DNA of 24,312 bases from Myxococcales bacterium (GTDB taxonomy: Bacteria > Myxococcota_A > UBA9042), in contig JBBISH010000100.1 of the NCBI GenBank assembly GCA_037441385.1, positions 1-24,312 of the forward strand. The letters run 5' to 3'. Position numbers and translations under genes: made by a program. Below are positions 17,667-24,312 of the stretch, in pieces. The notes under the pieces were generated by a model. It saw nothing but the letters and a program-made list of their open reading frames with translations. It did no database searches and was not told the origin of the DNA. Numbering within the stretch: position 1 is the first letter of the stretch; each line of letters opens with the position of its first letter.

Positions 17667-17768
17667 GCCACCCCTTGTCTGGGTGGGCATCTTGTTGAAT
17701 TTGGCAGTGCTTTCTTTGAATTGGACGCTGCACTGCCCGGTATTGAACTGCCTAGCTAGGGAGCGATC

Positions 17769-18350
17769 ATGGCCCCGACCCTTGTAGATCTGGTGCGCAA
17801 GCAATTTGGCAGCGCAGTGCTGGGTAGCCACGCCCACCGCGGCGACCAAACGGTGCTGGTTCAGCGCGACAAAGTGCTGGACATCATGAGCTACTTGAAG
17901 AACGACCCGGCCATGGCGTTTGACGTGCTGGCCGACGTGACGGCGGTGGACTACTCGACCTACCCCGAAGGCGCGCGCGCCGCGGTGAGTCCGGTCGACG
18001 CCAACCACCCCTCGGGCCTGACCAGCGACACGCTGCCCCGCTACGAAGTGGTGTACCACCTACTGTCGATGAGCAAGCAGCACCGCCTGCGGGTCAAGGT
18101 TGCGCTGGCCGAGGGCGACGAGCACATCCCCAGCATGTGCGGGCTGTGGATCGCCGCCAACTGGGGCGAGCGCGAAGCCTTTGACATGATGGGTATTCAG
18201 TTTGACAACCATCCCGACCTGCGCAGAATTTTGACCTACCCCGAGTTCGAAGGACACCCGCTGCGCAAGGATTTTCCGCTGCGCGGCTACCAGCCGCTGG
18301 TGGCGCAGCCGACCTTGGCCGACTACAAAGACAACGAGACCTTCCGCTAG
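17769..18350 (+). CDS. nuoC: NADH-quinone oxidoreductase subunit C
   Basis: DVTAVDY, RYEVVYHLLS, ANWGEREAFDMMGIQFDNHPDLRRIL, GHPLRKDFPL. Confidence 0.96.
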   Translation: MAPTLVDLVRKQFGSAVLGSHAHRGDQTVLVQRDKVLDIMSYLKNDPAMAFDVLADVTAVDYSTYPEGARAAVSPVDANHPSGLTSDTLPRYEVVYHLLSMSKQHRLRVKVALAEGDEHIPSMCGLWIAANWGEREAFDMMGIQFDNHPDLRRILTYPEFEGHPLRKDFPLRGYQPLVAQPTLADYKDNETFR

Positions 18351-18411
18351 GAGCCACCCCTACGCGCCTGTCCGCGGTCACGACCTGCGGCGGACGGCGA
18401 CGGAGCACCGC

Positions 18412-19647
<1,236 letters not shown>

Positions 19648-19695
19648 ACCCTGCGCAACGCAAGTTCTTTCAGCTCCCTATCGAGCGAGGCAGCC

Positions 19696-21366
19696 ATGCC
19701 CAAAGTGACCATCGACGGACAATCGATCGAAGTGCCGGCCGGAACGACTGTTCTGCGCGCCGCCAAGCAGCTGGGGATCGACATCCCAGTGTTCTGCTAC
19801 CACCCCGGCCTCTCGATCGCTGCCAACTGCCGCATGTGCTTGGTCGAAATCGAGAAATCGCCCAAGCCGCTGCCCGGCTGCTACACCGAAGTCGGCGAAG
19901 GCATGGTGGTGCACACCCAGACCGAGCGGGTCAAGGCGACCCAGAAGGCGGTGCTGGAATTCATCCTGCTGAACCACCCGGTGGACTGCCCGATCTGCGA
20001 CCAGGCCGGCGAGTGCGTGCTGCAAGAGCACTACACCACCTACAGCCTGCAGGCGTCGCGTCTGATGCACGAGAAGGTGGGCAAGCCCAAGGCCAAGCCG
20101 CTGGGACCCAACGTGATCTTGGACGCCGAGCGCTGCATCGTCTGCACCCGCTGCGTCCGCTTCTGCGAAGAAGTCACCAAGACCTGCGAGCTGACCGTGG
20201 AAAGCCGCGGCGAGCACAGCGAGATCACGACCCCCGAGGGCGTGGAGCTGAACAACGCCTACTCGCAGAGCGTGGTCGACATTTGCCCCGTGGGTGCGCT
20301 GACTTCGCGGCAGTTCCGCTTCCACCGCCGGGTGTGGTTCTTGGACATGCGCGACTCGCTGTGCACGGGCTGCGGCCGCGGCTGCTCGGTGCGCGTCGAC
20401 TCGCACAAGAACCAGGTCGAGCGGTTGGTGCCGCGCTACAACCCCGACGTCAACAGCTATTGGATGTGCGACGACGGCCGCAAGAGCCTGGATGGCTTGA
20501 AGGACGGCCTGACCATGGGCTGGCTGCCCGGTCCCGACGGCGCGCGGCAAGCCCCGGCGGCGGACGGCCTGCGCGCCATCGGCGCGTGGCTGCAAGAGCA
20601 GAAGACCTCGCAAAGCGGGCTGGGTATTGGCCTTTCTGCCTCGCTGAGCAACGAAGATCTGTACGCTTGGGCGCGGCTGGCCAAAGCAGCCAATGCCAAG
20701 GCCTATCTGCTGCCGCGGGCGCCGTGGCAAGGCGACAGCCTGCTGCGCACCGACGACCGCGACTGCAACACCGCGGGCGCCAAGGCGATCCTGACGAGTG
20801 TGCTGGGAAGCTACGGCGACGCCGACGCGCTGATTGGCGACGCCGGAGCGCTGGAAGTGCTGCTGGTGGTCGACCACGGCGCCGACTGCGACAGCGAGCT
20901 GCGCGAGGCCCTGAGCCGCGTCCCCAAGGTGGGCGTGTTCGCTTCGGAAGCGAGCGAGTGGACCCAGGCCGCCAGCGTGGTGGTGCCGTTGACGCCGCTG
21001 CAAGCGCGCGAAGGCACGCTCACCAACGTCGCCGGCTGGGTGCAGCGCCTGCAGCAGCCGCTGAAGCCGGCAGTCACTACCGTGGCGGCGCACATGGCGG
21101 CGGCGACGCTGGCCCCGGCGGCGAGCGACGTGGCCATGGACTTCAGCGACAAGACCCGCCCGGCCGAGCTGTTCGACCGGCTGGCTGGCGCCGTGGTCGA
21201 ATTCAAGGGCTTGAACTACGCCGAGATCGGCGATCTGGGCCGGCACCTGCCGGAAGACGGCACACTGGCGCCGCGGCGGCCGCGGGTGGACGGCACCCCG
21301 CAGTGGGAGCCCGACACCGTGGCGCCGACCTTCAAGCGGCCCTTCCAGCTGCGGCGCGGCGCGTAG
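19696..21366 (+). CDS. nuoG: NADH-quinone oxidoreductase subunit G (short form, 556 aa)
   Basis: FCYH...ANCRMC (N1b), NHPVDCPICDQAGEC (N5), CIVCTRC...CPVGAL (N4), CTGCGRGC-x27-C (N7), EGTLTN. Confidence 0.92.
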   Translation: MPKVTIDGQSIEVPAGTTVLRAAKQLGIDIPVFCYHPGLSIAANCRMCLVEIEKSPKPLPGCYTEVGEGMVVHTQTERVKATQKAVLEFILLNHPVDCPICDQAGECVLQEHYTTYSLQASRLMHEKVGKPKAKPLGPNVILDAERCIVCTRCVRFCEEVTKTCELTVESRGEHSEITTPEGVELNNAYSQSVVDICPVGALTSRQFRFHRRVWFLDMRDSLCTGCGRGCSVRVDSHKNQVERLVPRYNPDVNSYWMCDDGRKSLDGLKDGLTMGWLPGPDGARQAPAADGLRAIGAWLQEQKTSQSGLGIGLSASLSNEDLYAWARLAKAANAKAYLLPRAPWQGDSLLRTDDRDCNTAGAKAILTSVLGSYGDADALIGDAGALEVLLVVDHGADCDSELREALSRVPKVGVFASEASEWTQAASVVVPLTPLQAREGTLTNVAGWVQRLQQPLKPAVTTVAAHMAAATLAPAASDVAMDFSDKTRPAELFDRLAGAVVEFKGLNYAEIGDLGRHLPEDGTLAPRRPRVDGTPQWEPDTVAPTFKRPFQLRRGA

Positions 21367-21434
21367 GCGCGGCCACCGCGGACGTACGGTCCTAGTATTT
21401 CCCCGAAGTCGAGCCCCGTGGGCGGAGACCGAAA

Positions 21435-22487
21435 ATGCAACTGCTAGCCAATCCCGTTCTCAATCAGATCGCTTGGACGCTGATCAAGTTCGCCGGCTTT
21501 GTGCTGGTGTTCGTGCTGGGCCTGGCCACGGTGCTGACCTGGACCGAGCGCAAGTTCTCGGCCCTCATGCAGAACCGGCTTGGACCAAACCGCGCCAACA
21601 TCGGCAACATCCGCGCCGGCGGCCTGCTGCACATGCTGGCCGACCCGATCAAGATGTTCACCAAGGAAGCGTTCACGCCCGACACGCCCAACCCGTGGAT
21701 GTTCACGTTGGCGCCGCTGGCGGCGTTCGTCCCGGCGCTGCTGATCTTCGTGGCGATCCCGTTCGGCCCAGGCGAGCACATGCAGATCGCCACGACCGAG
21801 CTGGGCATCCTGTTCATTTTCGCGCTGTCGTCGCTGAACGTGTACGGCACGGTGATGGGCTCGTGGGCGTCGAACAACAAGTGGTCGCTGATGGGCGGTC
21901 TGCGGATCTCGGCGCAGATGATCAGCTACGAAGTGGCGGTGGGCCTGTCGCTTTGCGGCGTGTTCATGATCTACAACTCTACGGATCTGCAGTCGATCGT
22001 CGTGGAGCAAAGCAAGCAGACCTTCTTGGGCCTGCCGGCCTGGGGTGTCTTGACCCAGCCGCTTGCCTTCATCTTGTACCTGACCTGCGCCATCGCCGAG
22101 AACAAGCGTGCGCCCTTTGACACTGCCGAAGCCGAGTCCGAACTGACCGCCGGCTACTGGACCGAGTACAGCGCGATGGGCTGGGCGGTGTTGGCGCTGG
22201 TCGAATTCGTCGAAATCATTCTGATTGGCTGCGTGGGCGCCACGCTATTCTTGGGCGGCTGGAGCATTCCCGGCGTGCACGGCGACACCCCGGCGCTGAT
22301 GGTAGTGCAGGTGGGCGCGTTCATCGCCAAGGTGCTGTTCCTGGTGTTCTTGCAGATGACGATCCGCTGGACGTTGCCGCGCTTCCGCTACGATCAGGTG
22401 ATGCGCCTGGGCTGGCGGATTATGCTGCCGGCGGCGCTGATCAACCTGCTGGTGACCGGCGTCGCGCTGACGCTCATCGACCGTTAA
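21435..22487 (+). CDS. nuoH: NADH-quinone oxidoreductase subunit H
   Basis: ERKFSALMQNRLGPNR, ADPIKMFTKE, AQMISYE, AENKRAPFD, EAESEL, PRFRYDQ. Confidence 0.97.
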   Translation: MQLLANPVLNQIAWTLIKFAGFVLVFVLGLATVLTWTERKFSALMQNRLGPNRANIGNIRAGGLLHMLADPIKMFTKEAFTPDTPNPWMFTLAPLAAFVPALLIFVAIPFGPGEHMQIATTELGILFIFALSSLNVYGTVMGSWASNNKWSLMGGLRISAQMISYEVAVGLSLCGVFMIYNSTDLQSIVVEQSKQTFLGLPAWGVLTQPLAFILYLTCAIAENKRAPFDTAEAESELTAGYWTEYSAMGWAVLALVEFVEIILIGCVGATLFLGGWSIPGVHGDTPALMVVQVGAFIAKVLFLVFLQMTIRWTLPRFRYDQVMRLGWRIMLPAALINLLVTGVALTLIDR

Positions 22488-22546
22488 GCGCGCTGCACCA
22501 CTTCATATTTTGTCCGCTCTGAGGACAACCCAGCTCCGAGGAAATC

Positions 22547-23101
22547 ATGGCCAAGCTCGTCAATCGCATGGAACCGGCGCTCATCGAGCAGTCGTACGTC
22601 GTCGAGGCCGTCAAAGGTATGGCGATCACCAGCCGGCAGTTCTTGCGCAACCTGTTCGGCCGCAAGGGTGTTTTGACGGTGCAATACCCCGAGGTCAAGC
22701 GCCCGTACACCCCGCGCTTCCGTGGGCGCCACCTCCTGACCAAGCGCGACGATGGCGCGGTGCGCTGCGTGGCCTGCATGCTCTGCGCCACCGCCTGCCC
22801 GGCCAACTGCATCACCATCGTGGCGGGCGAGACAGGCGACCGCGAGGTCGAGAAGTTCCCCACGACCTTCGAAATCGACCTGCTCAAGTGCATCTACTGC
22901 GGCTTCTGCGAAGAGGCTTGCCCGTGCGACGCCATCCGCATGGACTCGGGCGTGCACTCCGTGCCCACCACCAACCGCCGCGACCAGAAGTTCGGCAAGG
23001 TCAACCTGCTCGAGCTGGCCAAGCTGTCGACGGCCAGCCAGGGCGGCGAGTTCCGGGCGAGCAGCCACGAGGGCACGGCGCACGGTTGGGGCGAGCACTA
23101 G
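22547..23101 (+). CDS. nuoI: NADH-quinone oxidoreductase subunit I
   Basis: TVQYPE, RFRGRH and two CxxCxxCxxxCP motifs (CVACMLCATACP, CIYCGFCEEACP). GAGG RBS. Confidence 0.96.
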   Translation: MAKLVNRMEPALIEQSYVVEAVKGMAITSRQFLRNLFGRKGVLTVQYPEVKRPYTPRFRGRHLLTKRDDGAVRCVACMLCATACPANCITIVAGETGDREVEKFPTTFEIDLLKCIYCGFCEEACPCDAIRMDSGVHSVPTTNRRDQKFGKVNLLELAKLSTASQGGEFRASSHEGTAHGWGEH

Positions 23102-23114
23102 CAAGGCAACGAGG

Positions 23115-23146
23115 GAGTGTCAGGTATTGACACTTGACACCTTTTT
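23115..23146 (+). repeat. Left 32-bp inverted repeat (pairs with 24161-24192)
   Basis: GAGTGTCAGGTATTGACACTTGACACCTTTTT versus the reverse complement of 24161-24192, GAGGGTCAGGTATTGACACTTGACATCTTTTT: 30/32 identical. Contains hairpin AGTGTCA-GGTAT-TGACACT. Confidence 0.93.
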
Positions 23147-23149
23147 GTC

Positions 23150-23203
23150 GGGTTCGGGTTCAGGATCAGGATCAGGATCAGGATCAGGATCCGGATCAGG
23201 ATC
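23150..23203 (+). repeat. Hexanucleotide tandem repeat (NGGWTC)9
   Basis: gggttc gggttc aggatc x5 cggatc aggatc, directly inside the left IR. Confidence 0.95.
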
Positions 23204-23286
23204 ATGCTAGAAACCTGCCACACAACCGCAGCTTACGTCCATTTCTGACACCGTTTCGACAGGCCAGGCGCGGAGGCAAGCGATGC

Positions 23287-24045
23287 CTACGGCACCACTG
23301 GCCCTTGCCGGAAGCCGTAGAGGCGCACGGTGCGGTCGACTTGGCCCCAGGCGGTCTTGTCTTTCAGGCCGACTGCGGCGTGCACGGTCAGGAATTGGCC
23401 ACAGACATCCTTTGCTTTGCTGCTGCCAAGGCCGAGTAGAACACACGCACCGCCAGGGAACGCGGGCGTGGCGTTGACCCAGTAGTTGCCTGGTCCGGGC
23501 ACGCGCACAAACTTCATCATCGACGTGACGGTCACCGCGACCGGCTCGCAGCCGATCAGGCCGTCGCCGTCCACGAACAGCTTGACCTCGTCGGGCGAGC
23601 TAGCCGGCAGCTGGACACGATAGACCACCCACACGCCCGCGCCGCCGCGCATCCCGGTGTGCATGGGCGCCCACTGGCCATCGATCAGCGGATCGAACTT
23701 GCCGGTTTCCATGTTGTACGTGCCGAGTTCGAGCGCCAAGGTGGGCTTGGGCGCCTGCTGGCCGCTGTACCAAGTGGGCAAGGTCGTGGTGCAGGTCATC
23801 GGCAGGACCACCGTGACATCGGAGGACAGGCATGTGGCGTCGGTTTCGGGAAGGGCATCCAGGGCGGCCACGTCGATGAGCAGTCCGCCCTGCCCCCACC
23901 CGTCGACGAGGGCGTCGGGCGCGCCGGCTATCTGGCCCGTGAGTGCGCCGTCTGACGTGCCGCAAGCGCTGGCCCATACGAAAGAAGCGGCCGCCCACAG
24001 GGCAAAGCAAGCGTGGAAACGGCGAGGCGGAACGCAGCGCGGCAT
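23287..24045 (-). CDS. Hypothetical lipoprotein (252 aa)
   Basis: AAGGA RBS. MPRCVPPRRFHACFALWAAASFVWASAC is a signal with lipobox ASAC. A low-complexity linker precedes a beta-rich domain with several Cys (LELGTY, GMRGGAGVWVVYRV). Confidence 0.75.
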   Translation of the reverse strand: MPRCVPPRRFHACFALWAAASFVWASACGTSDGALTGQIAGAPDALVDGWGQGGLLIDVAALDALPETDATCLSSDVTVVLPMTCTTTLPTWYSGQQAPKPTLALELGTYNMETGKFDPLIDGQWAPMHTGMRGGAGVWVVYRVQLPASSPDEVKLFVDGDGLIGCEPVAVTVTSMMKFVRVPGPGNYWVNATPAFPGGACVLLGLGSSKAKDVCGQFLTVHAAVGLKDKTAWGQVDRTVRLYGFRQGPVVP

Positions 24046-24160
24046 GGCGATCCTTGAATCCTGAACCCATCAGGTGGTGGCCATGGTCGGGCAAGCACTG
24101 GTCAAAATCCACCCCAAATTCGACTCGGAAGGAGAAGAACAAACGCCGGCTCCGGCTCCG

Positions 24161-24192
24161 AAAAAGATGTCAAGTGTCAATACCTGACCCTC
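24161..24192 (-). repeat. Right 32-bp inverted repeat, with (CCGGCT)2.5 tract at 24146-24160 on its inner side
   Basis: AAAAAGATGTCAAGTGTCAATACCTGACCCTC, the inverted copy of 23115-23146. Confidence 0.93.
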
Positions 24193-24197
24193 TGGAA

Positions 24198-24306
24198 CTC
24201 ACCCCCGGCCTGCGGCCGACCCCGCTCTCGCCGTGAAATTGAGTCACGGCTCGCTCGCTTCGCTCACCGCGGGGACCCCTCCTCTCCCACTGAAGTGGGC
24301 GAGGGG
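24198..24306. repeat. Cluster of REP-like palindromes
   Basis: CGGCC-TGC-GGCCG; GCCGTGA-N7-TCACGGC (24230-24250); CCCCGC...GCGGGG (24220/24269); CCTCTCCCAC-TGAA-GTGGGCGAGG. Confidence 0.6.
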
Positions 24307-24312
24307 TAAAGG

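Larger units (their letters stand above)
23115..24192. mobile_element. Putative non-autonomous IR-bounded cassette (REP/REPIN- or MITE-like) carrying one lipoprotein gene
   Basis: Near-perfect terminal IRs with inner hexamer tracts around a single gene. No transposase and no TSD. Mobility is inferred. Confidence 0.4.

Noticed and set aside
19678..23104. Alternative-frame and antisense ORFs over nuoG, nuoH and nuoI
   Set aside because: They fully overlap unambiguous nuo genes and are Arg/Ala/Gly-rich shadow translations.
23127..23139. Tandem perfect TTGACA hexamers in each IR as sigma70 promoters
   Set aside because: No -10-like hexamer lies 16-18 bp downstream of either copy in either IR.
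22752..23439. ORFs encoding (SG)n or (QD)n repeats
   Set aside because: Translations of the intergenic hexamer microsatellite; they overlap nuoI or the lipoprotein gene.
23115..24192. CRISPR array or autonomous IS
   Set aside because: Only two inverted copies about 1 kb apart, with no spacers or cas genes. The enclosed ORF is a lipoprotein without DDE or HUH motifs, and there is no TSD.

Overview
GC-rich bacterial DNA whose gene set suggests Myxococcota or a related deltaproteobacterial lineage (inference). The left part is mostly minus-strand: a large Cys-rich repeat lipoprotein that runs off the window and is absent from the ORF track, a hypothetical protein with an Ala/Lys-rich tail, a tandem-duplicated UvrA (1841 aa), an M50 site-2 protease, a polytopic membrane protein and a helical-repeat lipoprotein. 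The middle has a small plus-strand gene, hflX (apparently starting at CTG) and, 36 bp upstream of it, an isolated gpV/Gp5/VgrG-type contractile-injection spike gene. The right part is a partial complex I operon, nuoA-C-D-G-H-I, with no B, E, F or J-N. Thirteen bp after nuoI begins a ~1.08 kb module: one lipoprotein gene bracketed by 32-bp inverted repeats (30/32 identical), each with an inward hexamer microsatellite, and with no transposase or target duplication. A nest of REP-like palindromes follows. The IR-bounded cassette, the orphan spike next to hflX and the CTG start are the best leads. No rRNA, tRNA or CRISPR array was seen. All family calls come from motif reading and recall, not database searches.
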